The notes beneath the pieces were generated by a model. The model saw nothing but the letters and a program-made list of their open reading frames with translations. It searched no databases and was not told the DNA's origin. From IMG/VR virus record IMGVR_UViG_3300020195_000020, positions 10,146-74,145 of that record: a stretch of DNA of 64,000 nucleotides. One strand, written 5' to 3'. Source of the stretch: a virus. Made by a program: the position numbers and the translations under genes. Below, piece by piece: positions 29,902-41,224 of the stretch (its first letter is position 1; each line of letters starts with the position of its first letter).

Positions 29902-30942
29902 ATGGTCTCAGCCCTCAAACAACTTGAAGTCCGCAACGCCGAAGACGTGATCGCCAAGATCGAACGCGACAACAAGGTCTTGCGCTACGTCTGGAGCACC
30001 GACCACACTCCCGCCGGAAGATGCAATGCCCTGCGGGCCGCCGGCCCGGCACTGGACTCTGGCGACACGTTGCGCATCCAGCCGGGGGACTGGGATTTTG
30101 GCGACCAATACGTCGCGCTGCCCAACGGCATCGTGCTGGCCGGCTGCGGGATGGGCGTGACGCGGTTGATCAATCGGCAACTCGATCAGGCCAACCGCTG
30201 CGGCTTTCAGATCGGTGGCCGCGGGCTGTCGCTGCGGGAGCTGTCGCTGATCTGGGAGCCAGCCGACAAGACCAAGCCGTACGGTGGCCAGACGCTGGGC
30301 ATGACCGGCAACAACGGCATCAGCATGACCGCCGCCTCGGCGACCGAGATCGAAGCGATCAGCTACGGCGGCGCCGCGATCTACTTCTGGAGCGACGGCA
30401 AGGGACACCAATTCAAGGCCAAGAAGTCGAACTTCTATTCGGGCCGCTGGTGCGGTTGCCTGGGCGCTGGCAGCGCTGAGGATTCGGCGCTGCTCACGTT
30501 CGTCGACTGCAACTTCACGACCGATTTTGGCAAATACGGCGGCGCGGGCGGCCTAATGGGGATGCCACCGAATACGGTCGGCTTTGTCAGCCGCGGCGGT
30601 CGGACCACGATCACGGGCGGCAGCATCAACGTCAAGGGTTACCCGGGCAGTGGCGTCGTCGGGGACAACAACAAGGACCCGTTCAAGATGGTCTACGGCG
30701 CTGCCTGCAGCAGCCTTGGCGACCCGGGCAATCCGCTGCCCGAGTACACGTGGGCCTGGCCGTATCTCACGATCGACGGCGTCACGTTCAATATCCAGCC
30801 GAATGGCATCGCCGACTGGGCCGACGTTTGGGCTCACATCGGCACGACGCTGATCAGGGGCGGCCGCGGCTCGGGCCTGAACGGCGCGTACGTGCTGAAA
30901 GGCAAACGCTACTCGCTGGAAGGCGGTGCGATCGCGGCGTGA
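29902..30942 (+). CDS. Right-handed beta-helix (pectin-lyase-like) protein
   Basis: GDTLRIQPGDW...GIVLAGCGMGVT...LSLRELSL; Gly/Asn-rich strands. Confidence 0.55.
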   Translation: MVSALKQLEVRNAEDVIAKIERDNKVLRYVWSTDHTPAGRCNALRAAGPALDSGDTLRIQPGDWDFGDQYVALPNGIVLAGCGMGVTRLINRQLDQANRCGFQIGGRGLSLRELSLIWEPADKTKPYGGQTLGMTGNNGISMTAASATEIEAISYGGAAIYFWSDGKGHQFKAKKSNFYSGRWCGCLGAGSAEDSALLTFVDCNFTTDFGKYGGAGGLMGMPPNTVGFVSRGGRTTITGGSINVKGYPGSGVVGDNNKDPFKMVYGAACSSLGDPGNPLPEYTWAWPYLTIDGVTFNIQPNGIADWADVWAHIGTTLIRGGRGSGLNGAYVLKGKRYSLEGGAIAA

Positions 30943-31016
30943 GTCGTAGGGGCCAGGGACTAGTGGCCGGTGGTTAGTTACGAACGATTCGAGGTTTCGA
31001 CACAAAGGAGTGATTT

Positions 31017-31592
31017 ATGGATTGGATTTTCGATTCGCTGCTCTATTTCGCCGGATGGCTGCTCGCTGGCTTATGTGCATGGCGATGGCTGGTCAGTCTG
31101 CTGGGTTGGTACACGTCTGACCGCGAACTGCAAAAACTTCGCGACAGGTTATGCCGAGAGGGCTACGGACTTTGGGAACCTGACCGACACACCGGCACGC
31201 CGCAATTCGAGTTGCAACCTATTTCTTACGGCGCGCTCAAGCAACACGTTGAGTCGACGGACTCCCGTTACAACTCGCTGTCTAGAACGTACGACAAAAA
31301 TAACCTTGAATTGCAGAAGCTCAAGGCGGATCGCGAGCAGGATATTGCTTGCTCCCAGGCAAGCGACCGGGGGCTCCTGGAAAAGTTGGCCAAGGAGCGG
31401 GACGAAGCGGTCGAATCGCTGGCCGCGACCAAGGCCGAGCTTGAGAAGGCGCTGGCCGACTCATCGATCAATTCATGGCGCCAGGCGCAGCTTGACCATG
31501 TCCTAGCTCAGACCGAGCTGCTCACGGCCCAGGCGGCGCAAACCCGCGGCTTGACGCAGCCCTCTGTCCGTTCACGGCGGAGAGCTTCGTAA
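31017..31592 (+). CDS. N-terminally membrane-anchored coiled-coil protein
   Basis: Hydrophobic N-terminus, heptad-rich C-terminus; SD AAGGAG. Confidence 0.55.
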   Translation: MDWIFDSLLYFAGWLLAGLCAWRWLVSLLGWYTSDRELQKLRDRLCREGYGLWEPDRHTGTPQFELQPISYGALKQHVESTDSRYNSLSRTYDKNNLELQKLKADREQDIACSQASDRGLLEKLAKERDEAVESLAATKAELEKALADSSINSWRQAQLDHVLAQTELLTAQAAQTRGLTQPSVRSRRRAS

Positions 31593-32101
31593 TGCCAGGT
31601 CGCAAGGGCATCGGTGGTCACACTCTGGCGAATCGTGGCGCAAGCGACGATTGGATCACGCCGCGCGCGATCATCGATGCCCTCGGGCCGTTCGACCTGG
31701 ACCCCTGCGCGTGCGATCCCCAGCCGTGGCCAACGGCCAATGCGATGCTGACCAAGGGTGGGTTGTTGGTGCCGTGGACCGGTCGCGTCTGGTGCAACCC
31801 GCCTTACGGACCGGAAACCGGCAAGTGGCTGAATCGGCTGGCGAGCCATGGCGATGGGATTGCCCTGATCTTCGCCAGGACCGAGACGGAAATGTTTCAC
31901 AAGTATGTCTGGGGAGCGGCGACCGCCGCGCTGTTTCTGCGGGGGCGGCTGAACTTCTACACGCCGGCCGGCCAGCGTTCGCGCTACAACGCCGGCGGCC
32001 CGAGTGTGCTGGTGGCTTATGGAGAGTTGAACGCCGGAGCGATCTGGACCGCCGTGATCAGCGGCAAGTTGAAAGGGCACGTTGTTGAAACCAAACGATA
32101 A
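31592..32101 (+). CDS. Phage DNA N6-adenine methyltransferase (small Dam family)
   Basis: DDWITP; FDLDPCA; VWCNPPYG; LIFARTET; FLRGRLNF. Confidence 0.9.
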   Translation: MPGRKGIGGHTLANRGASDDWITPRAIIDALGPFDLDPCACDPQPWPTANAMLTKGGLLVPWTGRVWCNPPYGPETGKWLNRLASHGDGIALIFARTETEMFHKYVWGAATAALFLRGRLNFYTPAGQRSRYNAGGPSVLVAYGELNAGAIWTAVISGKLKGHVVETKR

Positions 32102-32111
32102 GGAAACCGTC

Positions 32112-33094
32112 ATGAAACGTCGTATTGCTGAGTGCGTGTTGGGCGTCGCCTGCATCTTCGCCCTGGCCTTTACACCTGGCCCCGAGCCAGCGCCGCGGGG
32201 GCCATCGCGGCCAGGCCTGCTCAATAGTGGCCTGCTGCACTACGAAGCGGGAACCGACGGCATGCTGACGTCGTACGTGGGCCCGCCGCGCGGCGTCAAC
32301 GGTGAACCGCACGAGGCCGACGACGTCGAGGACCTGTTTCGAGAGAGCGGGCCTGGCGTCGACGACCCGTTTCGCGAGGCCGAAGAGTTGCCCAAACCGG
32401 AGCCCGACGCGCCGCAATTCGAACCGAACCTCGTCGCACGTCCGATCGCGCTGAAATCGATCGGCGACCTAGTTCAAGTCGGCGACGTGTTGTATCAGAT
32501 CACGACCGAGCCGGCAGTGCCCAACCCGCACCGCGGCATGTTCCTGTCCCCGGTTGACAGCCTGCCGCCAGCTCCGCCTGAGCCGCCGGTTGGGATGTCG
32601 CCCATTGCCGGTCCCGAGGAACCCAAGCACTGGTTCACGATTGAAGTCCTGCCAACGCTTCGCGAGGGCCATAGGGACTGGCCGCCAATGGTACTGGTGC
32701 TCGACCAGGTGACCGGCACGATCGACCAGTTTCACTCCCTGCCGGAGGGCAAGATCTTGTGGAAAGGTCGATCCAAGCCGATCTACATACCGCCGAAGGG
32801 GAAGCGATGAGCCCAATGACACCCGAAGACTTTGCCAAGGATCTGGACGTCGCCGGCCACCTTCGCAAAATCGCCCAATTGAACGACCAGATCAAGGCGG
32901 TCGAGGACAACCTCTCGATCCACGTCGTGCTAGTTCGGCCCGGCAGCCTGCCAAACATCAATGTGAATGTGTCTCCCGAGCATCGCGACGCGATTTTGCA
33001 AATGCTCCGGGAAACGCTGGCGCCAGAGCTCAAGACCCAAAAGGAAGCGTTGGACACGGCCCTGGACTCACTTACCACCACGGAACAGAAATGA
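32112..33094 (+). CDS. Two hypothetical genes (32112-32810 signal peptide, Pro-rich; 32807-33094)
   Basis: MKRRIAECVLGVACIFALAF signal; ATGA coupling. Confidence 0.5.
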
Positions 33095-33669
33095 ACTCTC
33101 TCCCCATCGTTGAAAACTGCGACGGCTGCGGCGCCTGCTGCATGGCGATGCGCACGCCGCCGTTTCTCATCTTCTGGCCCCACGGTGAAGATCAGCCGCT
33201 GGCGCCCGACGGCCAGCGCGGCAGCGATCCGGTCGACTACGCGTTTCTGATGGGTGCGCCCGAGGAAGCCCGCCGGATCATGCGTGAGCGGCTGCTGACG
33301 CCGCATGACAGCGTGCCCGACGAGGCCCCTTGCTCGTGGCTGGACCTGGAAACCAAGCGCTGCCGGTTCCACGAGCATCGGCCGGAGCTCTGCCGGGATT
33401 TTCCCGTGGGCGGCGATGGCTGCCTGCGCAATCGCATCTTTCAGGGCGTGGCCGGACCGCTGGAGCCCGCCGCGCTGGCGGACATGGTGCGAAAGGAAGC
33501 GTATTGGGAGAAGAAACGAGTTCGCCAGGTGCCCAAAAAGGAGCGGCTGGCGAGCCGGTCGCGCACCGCACGCGCGATGCGAATGCTGGAGCGCGAAGAG
33601 ATCAACCGAATGGTCGGCAACCCCATGCCGGCAGACCCGAGACCGCGGCCGGACGATCCGGCCAGTTAG
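33091..33669 (+). CDS. YkgJ-family CxxCxxCC Fe-S/Zn cluster protein
   Basis: CDGCGACC...CSWLD...CRFHEHRPELCRDFP. Confidence 0.85.
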   Translation: MNSLPIVENCDGCGACCMAMRTPPFLIFWPHGEDQPLAPDGQRGSDPVDYAFLMGAPEEARRIMRERLLTPHDSVPDEAPCSWLDLETKRCRFHEHRPELCRDFPVGGDGCLRNRIFQGVAGPLEPAALADMVRKEAYWEKKRVRQVPKKERLASRSRTARAMRMLEREEINRMVGNPMPADPRPRPDDPAS

Positions 33670-33789
33670 CACCGTTCGCGGTGGCCGGCCTTACCCGGCG
33701 CCGGACGTTCCGATCGCGGGGGAGTTTGCCCCTCGACCTGCGAAGCCGGGCGGCCGCCGCGTCATTTTTCACTCTGACCGAAAGACAGC

Positions 33790-35481
33790 ATGATCAAACT
33801 CGACCCTAAGTTTCGCTTTGCCGACCTGTTTTGCGGTGCCGGCGGTTTCACCAGCGGCGCCGAGGCCTCGGGCGTGGCCCGCGGCGTGCTGGCCATCAAT
33901 CACTGGCGGCCGGCCGTCTCGACCCACCTGCAAAACCATCCCCACGTGCGGCACGTCTGTGCGTCGATCGATCACGTCGACCCGCGGGACTTCGAGAAGG
34001 ATGGGATCAACCTGCTCTTGGCGTCGCCGGAGTGCGTGTTTCACAGTGTGGCCCGCGGCGGCCGGCCAGTGGATGACCAGCGCCGCGCTACCGCCTGGTG
34101 CGTGCCGCGATGGCTGGAGGCGATCAAACCCAAGTGGGCGATCATCGAGAACGTCCGAGAGTTCGTCGATTGGGGGCCGCTGGGATGCGACGACCGCCCG
34201 CTCAAGAGCAAGAAGGGGCTGATCTTCCAAGCCTGGGTGCAGGCGATCCGGGCGCTGGGCTATCACGTCGAATGGAAACTCTTGAACGCGGCCGACTATG
34301 GCGAGGCAACCAAGCGGATTCGCCTGTTCGTCGTTTGCCGCCGCGGCCGCTCGACCAAGCCAATCCCCTGGCCAACACCCACGCACGCCAAAGAGAACTG
34401 GACGCCGGCCTGGAAGATCATCGACTGGTCCAAGCCCTGCCCAAGCATCTTCGGCCGCAAGCGGCCGCTGGCCGAAAAGACGCTGCGACGCATCGAGCAA
34501 GGACTGCGGAAATTCTGCCGGCCGGAGATCGTCGAACCCTTCCTGGTGAAGATGCGCGGCACCAACAACGCCGCCAGCGTGCACGACCCGGCGCCGACAG
34601 TCACCGCCGGCGGGAATCACCTGGGCGTGGCCATGCCATTTCAACTCAAGGCCGCTGGCCGCTGCCCGGGCCTGACAAAACCGATCACAGACCCTCTGCC
34701 ATCAGTTTTGGGGCGAGAGAACCACGCGATCGTCGTGCCTTTCCTTACGCAGTTTCACAATGGCCCAGACGGCGACCAGCGAAACTATCCGGTCGACCAG
34801 CCGGTCCCGACGCTCGATACGCAGAATCGCTATGGCGTGGTGGCGCCGTTCATCGTGCCCAACTTCGGCGAGCGAGACGGCCAGGCCCCGCGGACCCACG
34901 ACGTCAACGATCCGCTGCCGACGGCCACCAGCCACGGCGCCGGCGGTCTGGTGTTCCCGTTCATGGTCGATACGAATTGGGGTGAAAACCGCGACGGTCG
35001 GAACCGTGTGCACGATCTCAATTCGCCTTTACCAACTGTGACAACGCAACACGGTCAGGCCGTTGTCGCGCCCTTTCTGCTGCCGCGCCAGGGCCACTAC
35101 GACTGTCAAAAGGACAAGCCGGCCAAGGGCGTCGACGAACCGCTGGGAACGATCCTGGCAAATCACTCGCCGGCCCACCTGGTGCTGCCATTCCTGACCT
35201 CTTACTACGGCACCGGGCACGCGATGCCGGTGACCGAGCCGATCACGTCGCTGACCACCAAGCACCGCCACGGCCTGGCCCTGGTGGAAACCATGCGGGA
35301 GTTGGGAATCGTCGACATCGGTTTCCGGATGCTCGACGTCGACGAGCTCGCCGCCGCCCAGGGCTTTGCCAGCGACTATTTCCTGCATGGCACCAAGGCC
35401 GAGCAGGTCAAGCAAATCGGCAACGCGGTCTGCCCGGGAGTGGCCCGGGCGCTGGTCGAAGCCATCGGGAGGGCCGCATGA
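33790..35481 (+). CDS. DNA cytosine-5 methyltransferase with internally repeated variable region
   Basis: DLFCGAGG; SPEC; ENV; RIRLF; C-terminal AQGF...QIGNAV. Confidence 0.95.
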   Translation: MIKLDPKFRFADLFCGAGGFTSGAEASGVARGVLAINHWRPAVSTHLQNHPHVRHVCASIDHVDPRDFEKDGINLLLASPECVFHSVARGGRPVDDQRRATAWCVPRWLEAIKPKWAIIENVREFVDWGPLGCDDRPLKSKKGLIFQAWVQAIRALGYHVEWKLLNAADYGEATKRIRLFVVCRRGRSTKPIPWPTPTHAKENWTPAWKIIDWSKPCPSIFGRKRPLAEKTLRRIEQGLRKFCRPEIVEPFLVKMRGTNNAASVHDPAPTVTAGGNHLGVAMPFQLKAAGRCPGLTKPITDPLPSVLGRENHAIVVPFLTQFHNGPDGDQRNYPVDQPVPTLDTQNRYGVVAPFIVPNFGERDGQAPRTHDVNDPLPTATSHGAGGLVFPFMVDTNWGENRDGRNRVHDLNSPLPTVTTQHGQAVVAPFLLPRQGHYDCQKDKPAKGVDEPLGTILANHSPAHLVLPFLTSYYGTGHAMPVTEPITSLTTKHRHGLALVETMRELGIVDIGFRMLDVDELAAAQGFASDYFLHGTKAEQVKQIGNAVCPGVARALVEAIGRAA

Positions 35482-36202
35482 TCACCGACGCCCAGGCTCT
35501 GACGGCGCCCGCCGGCGATGAATTCGACCGCTGGCTGCACGCCCGAGTGTTCAACCTGAACCCCAAGAAATGGCCCTGGCCCTACTCCAAGGAGGTGCAG
35601 GACGCGTTGGAGTTTATCGGCGGCGAGCTCCGTCGCCAGGGCTGGCTAATCCTGTTGCGTGAGCCGTTCGAGGGGTTTTGGGAATGCCAGTTTTCTAACC
35701 ACACGCGGCACTTGCACGCGACCGGTCACGGCGACACGCCGGCCCTGGCGATCTGCCACACCGCGGCCCTGGTGGTCGTGTTGCACAACAACCAACCCCA
35801 AACCGCACACGCCACCGCAGGAGCAACGAGCCCATGATGGACCCCAACAGCTACTTCTGCCGTGGCGGCCTGCCAATAGTGTCGGACCAAATCTATTGGT
35901 CGCACCTGAGCGTGCCGATCCTGAATTGCCTGATCGGCCAGCCGTGGGACGAAGTGGCACTGGCGCTGGTCGTGGCCCACAAGCCGACCCGGCTACGCGT
36001 GACCACTGGTGAGGTTTTCACCGATTCCTGGTCCGGCCGCGTGACGGTCTACGTCGATCGCCAGCCGAAGCTGATCGGCGTGCCGGCGACCATCGAGTGG
36101 ATCGAGCAGGAGGTGACCCTACCGATGCCGCGGGACCTGAAAAACGGTCACGAGCTGATGATTTACCTGGAAGACCGCGGCGTGAAAATCAGTCAACCCT
36201 AG
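35478..36202 (+). CDS. ABA-sandwich-like phage protein (35478-35837) and hypothetical protein (35834-36202)
   Basis: PYSKEVQDA...WECQF...DTPALAICHTAAL; coupled ORFs. Confidence 0.55.
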
Positions 36203-36214
36203 CAGGAAGCTCCC

Positions 36215-37201
36215 ATGAGTGAGGCGTTTATCAAGGCGGATAAGAAGCTCCCGGCCAGCGTCAAGGTGGCGCTGCTGTCGACGCTCACCGGCATCGATCG
36301 CGACGGCGTGCTCGGCCGGCTGTGGCGGTTCTGGAGTTGGGTGGATGATCACATCAAGCGTGACGGCGCGTTACGCCTGAGCGCCGAACAATTGTCCCAG
36401 ACCGTTATGGTCGAGTTATGCCTGCTCGATGCCATGTCGGACCAGCGAGTCGACTGGTTGCGGGTCGCCGCCGATGGCAGCACGATCATCCCGCGGACTG
36501 ATAAATGGTTCCTTGGCGGCCAGAGGCATCGGAGCAAAAGTGCCCAGCGTCAAAAGGCTTATCGCGATCGTCGTGCCAAGGTCAAGACGACTCGAGCGGC
36601 CGAGCCGGAGGCATCGCCAAGCTCCAACGGCGACGCGCAACGCGTTACGTCACGCGTTACGTCACGCGTTGCGCAACGCGCTGCGTTACGTAACGGCACA
36701 GAGGAGAGGAGAGAAGAGAAGAGAAGAGAAGAGGGGACTACGTCGACGTCAGACCCTGACCTGGCCTCTGACGTTGCCCCTGACACTGCCGCCGAGAGAC
36801 GCAAGGGAGCCAAGACCCGCAAAGCCCACCAGGTGGCGACCGACGCCGTGCGGGCGCTGGCCATCCGGGTCGACGACAAGCTGCGGGTGCCCAAGCCGAT
36901 CTGCGACGAGGACCGCAGCGTCGTGCTCAAGACGGCGTGGCTGGTCGAGGTCGGCCTGATCAGCGAACACGAGTTGTGGGCCTCGATCGAGTCGGTCACC
37001 AAGAAGTTCGACAGCCCTGGGCGGCGCGGCCCGCGCCAGGGAAAACGCATGGGCTACTGGCATGCCACGCTCACGGGAATGCTCGGCGAGCGTGAGACTC
37101 CGGCCAGCTTCAACGCGATGCTGAAAACCGTGACGCTGCCCGTCGATCTGTTCAAGCCGACCCAACCCCACGCGGCCAAACCGGTCGCCGCCGCCTGCTG
37201 A
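36215..37201 (+). CDS. Replication initiator (lambda O/DnaD-like architecture)
   Basis: N-terminal GRLWRFWSW HTH-like domain; AQRQKAYRDR; repeat linker; EERREEKRREE motif typical of phage initiators. Confidence 0.7.
   Translation: MSEAFIKADKKLPASVKVALLSTLTGIDRDGVLGRLWRFWSWVDDHIKRDGALRLSAEQLSQTVMVELCLLDAMSDQRVDWLRVAADGSTIIPRTDKWFLGGQRHRSKSAQRQKAYRDRRAKVKTTRAAEPEASPSSNGDAQRVTSRVTSRVAQRAALRNGTEERREEKRREEGTTSTSDPDLASDVAPDTAAERRKGAKTRKAHQVATDAVRALAIRVDDKLRVPKPICDEDRSVVLKTAWLVEVGLISEHELWASIESVTKKFDSPGRRGPRQGKRMGYWHATLTGMLGERETPASFNAMLKTVTLPVDLFKPTQPHAAKPVAAAC
36633..36736. repeat. Iteron-like repeats and purine tract: candidate replication origin
   Basis: ACGCGTTACGTC x2 plus a degenerate third copy; palindromes; then a GA-only run. 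Confidence 0.6.
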
Positions 37202-37242
37202 GAAGAAGCACCGCCAAGCGCTTGGAACGAAGGAGATTCACC

Positions 37243-38347
37243 GTGGCCGATGTGCTGAAAGTTTTATACCCCGACCCGAACCGGGACTTGAACGCCGTGA
37301 TCAATCAGCACCTGCAATGGCTGCGCGAGGCGATCCAGGGGATGGGTCTGAAAGTGGGCGATGTCGAGTTTATCACGACGCAACTGAAACCGGACCAGTG
37401 GCGTGTCCGAGTGAGCATCAACGGCTCGTGGTGGGTTGTAATCGAGGATACCCGCGACAAAGTGCTGGAGAGCTGCCGGAACCTGCATCGTGACGTAGCC
37501 AATGGGGTTCGCCACTCTGCGGCCAAGGACCGTGATAGCAACGATCCGATGCTCGCTCAGGCGCAATCGCGCGCCGCCGAGACAGCACCGCCGGCGAATA
37601 CGCTGGCCAGTGATGAGTTTGCGGCCTACTGGAAACGGCTGATCACTCTCGGCATACCAGCGACGGGCGAGCCGGGCAGCAAGAAGGCCGAAGACATCCG
37701 GGAGTGGTTGGCCGCCATGATCTCCGAGCGTGACCATCTGGTCATGGCCACGCAGTCTCGCACGCTGCTCATGCACGCGACCATGTGCATCGATTGCGGT
37801 GAATTGTTCGAGCTCGAGACCAAGGCCAAGGATGGCGACAAGCTCCGCGAGGAGATTGCCAGACTGCGGTCCGCGATCGAGAGGCACGACGCCCGGCGTA
37901 AGAACGGCCAAGGCGTTGAGTATCCCTGGGACCACGAGCTTTACACGGAGTTGCGGCCGACGGTAGCGGCCAAATGATCTCGCGGGAGTTTGAATCACGT
38001 CGGTGCCCTTATTGCTCTGGTCGGTGCCAGGTGGCCGAAGTGCGCTGCCCGGACTGTTTGGGCACCGGCGTGGTTTGCAACCTCTGCGGAGAGCCCCGAG
38101 TCAACTGCGAGTGTGCCGTTTACGAACCAATCAGGAGGGATTACACGTGATAGCCAAGATTGAAGCCTTTGAAGCTGGCGGCGCGTGGCTGTGGCAGGTG
38201 CGGGCGATGGACAAAGACAGCGAGGCGACCATGTCCGTCGCCGCAAACTCCGCCCGCGACTATCCCACCGAGGAGGAGGCTCTGGCCGTCGCGCAGGACG
38301 TGGCAAAGAAACTGGGGCTGCAGCTTCCCGAGTCAAAGGAAGCCTGA
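37243..38347 (+). CDS. Hypothetical proteins (37243-37977; 38147-38347)
   Basis: GTG starts behind AAGGAG/AGGAGG SDs; phage-like codon use. Confidence 0.5.
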
Positions 38348-38349
38348 CC

Positions 38350-38754
38350 ATGCCCAAGGAATACCCCAACTGGCCCGGCAAAATCTTCGCCAAGGTCGCT
38401 ATCCCGCGCGTCGGGATGCCGGCGTCGATGTACCTGAGCGAGTTCGGAACGCTCGTCTGGCACGCGTTCGGGACTATGCCCTACCTGGTCGGATCGGCGC
38501 TGCGAACGCGCCAATGGAAAGACGTCGACGTGCGGTTGATCCTGGACGACGAGGTCTATGCGGCAATGGGATTCGGCGAGCCAGGGTATGGCCAGCACAA
38601 CGGCAAGTGGGTCTCGCTGTGCATGGCCTACTCGGCACTGGGTCGGCACATGACTGGGCTGCCAATCGACTTTCAGATTGATCAACAGACCTTTGCAAAC
38701 AATGCCCACGACGGCCCGCGCAGCGCGCTGGGCAGGCTTTTCACGCAAGCATAA
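38350..38754 (+). CDS. Pol-beta-superfamily minimal nucleotidyltransferase
   Basis: YLVGS...WKDVDVRLIL...PIDFQI (GS, DxD, third D). Confidence 0.75.
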   Translation: MPKEYPNWPGKIFAKVAIPRVGMPASMYLSEFGTLVWHAFGTMPYLVGSALRTRQWKDVDVRLILDDEVYAAMGFGEPGYGQHNGKWVSLCMAYSALGRHMTGLPIDFQIDQQTFANNAHDGPRSALGRLFTQA

Positions 38755-38916
38755 GGAGGTCCCATGTTCTGGCGCCTGATCGCCGAGTTCGACACGAGCA
38801 AGATCGATAGTTGGCCGTCGGCCGTGGTCACGTGCGTACTGATCATCGCCGTGGCGTACATCGTTGGCAAACTGTTTGGGTAATTAACCACTCTCACCCT
38901 GATCGGAGTCCTAGCC

Positions 38917-39204
38917 ATGCCCGACAACAAATCGAAGAAGAAGATCGACGGCAAGTTGATCTCACTCAAGGAGCGGCACGAGGTCAGCTATTGGACGCAG
39001 GCCCTCGGCGTCAACCGGAGCCAGCTCGAGGCCGCGGTCAAGAAGGTCGGCCATCGCGCGGTGGACGTGCGGCGGTGGTTGGCGCTGCCCCGCATGAAAG
39101 CGGATCTCAAGGAGATTCGGGCGTCGCTGCGGGAGAATCAATCGCACGCGGCGATGCAGTCGGCGGCCGCGGCGATCAAGTTCTTGGACGCGTGCGGAAA
39201 GTAG
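38917..39204 (+). CDS. DUF3606-domain protein
   Basis: ISLKERHEVSYWTQALGVNRSQLEAAVKKVG. Confidence 0.75.
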   Translation: MPDNKSKKKIDGKLISLKERHEVSYWTQALGVNRSQLEAAVKKVGHRAVDVRRWLALPRMKADLKEIRASLRENQSHAAMQSAAAAIKFLDACGK

Positions 39205-39206
39205 CG

Positions 39207-41224
39207 ATGCAGTTTGAACCGATCCGCTGCGAGCTGTGTGGCGACGTGCTGCTGATCGGCACGATGGGCCTGGTCTGCGGTCGCGGGCATGGGCCCATCG
39301 TTTACTACGGCTACAAGGAAATGCTCAAACACTGCCCCGAGCTGAGAATCGAGCACGAGTTGAGCACCCGCCAGCGGGCGGACCGGCTGAAAGGGATCTT
39401 GGGAGAATAGTTATCCACTCCCGAGCGAAGGCGTCATGAGCGATACCCCAAAACTAGCGGATGAGTGCAAGAAGCTGCTGGACAACGGACATTGCATCGT
39501 GCTCTACGCCAACGCGTTGGGGAGCTATACGGCTGCGACCTTGACGCAGGATCAGGTTGACGAGTTGGACACCGGCGAGTTGACCGATGACTTTGAACCG
39601 TCGCAGGCGCTCTACCGACTGACCGAGAAGGTATTCGGGAATATCGTTTAGCCCCGCCACCCTACGGAGCGAAAGCCATGAGCGGAGACCGAGACTTTAA
39701 CGCAGGTGTATTCTTCGCCGCGCAGTTTATTGCCCTCGATCACGACGAGCCGACTTTGGCGGCTGAGATTCTGAGGCAGGCCGGCTTCGACAGGGAGATG
39801 GCTATCTGCGAAGCGGCGCGGTCTGGATACGAGTACGAGCGGACCAAAGAGTTCCTTGACGAAGAGTTCAAATAACCGACCCCCGCCGCCCCAGCGGGCG
39901 AGCAGACTGAGGGAGAGCGAAATGGCGAAGAAACCGAAAACCATTTGGCTGGTCTGGGATTATCAGGAATACGAGCCATCGACATTACTCGCCACGTCGG
40001 CGTCAGAGCGGAACGCTCGGCGATGGGTGTTTAGGTACATCCGCGATAATGTCGCAACGGCGACCGAGGACCTCAGGAACTACTGGAACTTCACTTGGTA
40101 CGACGGCTTCCCGTCATCACTGTCGATCAAGATTGTGGAAAGCGATTTGGTTTAGCCCCCCTGCGTCCCGCCCCTAACCTGGAGGAAAGAACACGCGATG
40201 GCAGAGAATCAAAGCGTTTATGCCGGTGTCTCTTTAGATCACGAGGTGTTCGCACTTAGGGACCACGAGTCAATCCAACTCTGGAACGAGCGACCGGGTA
40301 GTGGGCGATACATCGCCGTCATGGCCCGCAGTATCGAGATGCCCGATGGACCTCGATCCAAGCTGCGAGTGTGCGACGGTGCGCCCGTTGAGCAGGCCGC
40401 GATTCTGGCGGCGGAGTTCAGCCACGAAAACGAATGTTGGCACTGGCTGCAAATCTCGCCGCCCAGTAAGGAACGGATTGGCGACATGCTGTTCAGCAAT
40501 GCCGCTGACCTGGATCGGTGGTACTACCTTAGCGTGACTGATTTGAAGTCCTGACCCGCCGTCGCGCAGGATCGAGCGAGGAGTGAGGGAAACTGGAAAA
40601 CTTAACCACCTTCAGGAGATACCGATGACCATCAAACGAAAGTACGACATTGGCTCTGGCATCACGATCGAGGATGACGGCTATTCGCTGGTCGCGAAGT
40701 GGGAGCCCGACGACAAATCCGGCCACTCGATCGGCTGCCCGCGCCCCGTCTACATGCCGCCCGGACAGCCCGCGGAATGGGCCGATCGGTTTCCCGATCA
40801 GCTCTCATGCCTGTTCAGTCTGGACGGTCGGCATTTCTATGTGGAGAAGTTCGGTCTTTCGGTCCGCGCGTGGCTGGGAGTTAAAGCCTATGGCTCGCGT
40901 GAAGAGCTGAACGCAGACCTAAAGCCGACGCCGTTCGGTTCGGATGGTGCAGTGTTCGTAGACGAGACCACTGGCGCGCAGCGTTTCCGCTCAGTGCTAA
41001 TGTTCAGCATGTGGAAAGTGCAGCACGAGACGACGCCTCGCTCGATTGCGAGAACAGACGAAGGCGTTGCCGACTACTTGACGCTGGCGCAGCAGTACGA
41101 CAACGAACAAATGGCGCGATTCAACGAGGCCATCGCTTTCAGCGGTCGGACGTTTGCCTGGATCTTGAACAAGATCGGGAAGTGGCACCCCGTGGCGGAG
41201 CTGCCCGTGGTGAAGCTGGCATGA
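39207..41224 (+). CDS. Run of small hypothetical genes (39207-39410, 39436-39651, 39678-39875, 39922-40155, 40198-40554, 40625-41224)
   Basis: Contiguous same-strand ORFs, most with SDs; no recognisable family. Confidence 0.5.

Noticed and set aside
38350-38754. Nucleotidyltransferase as a CBASS cyclase or MNT-HEPN toxin-antitoxin
   Set aside because: Too short for a CD-NTase, and no effector or HEPN partner is recognisable nearby
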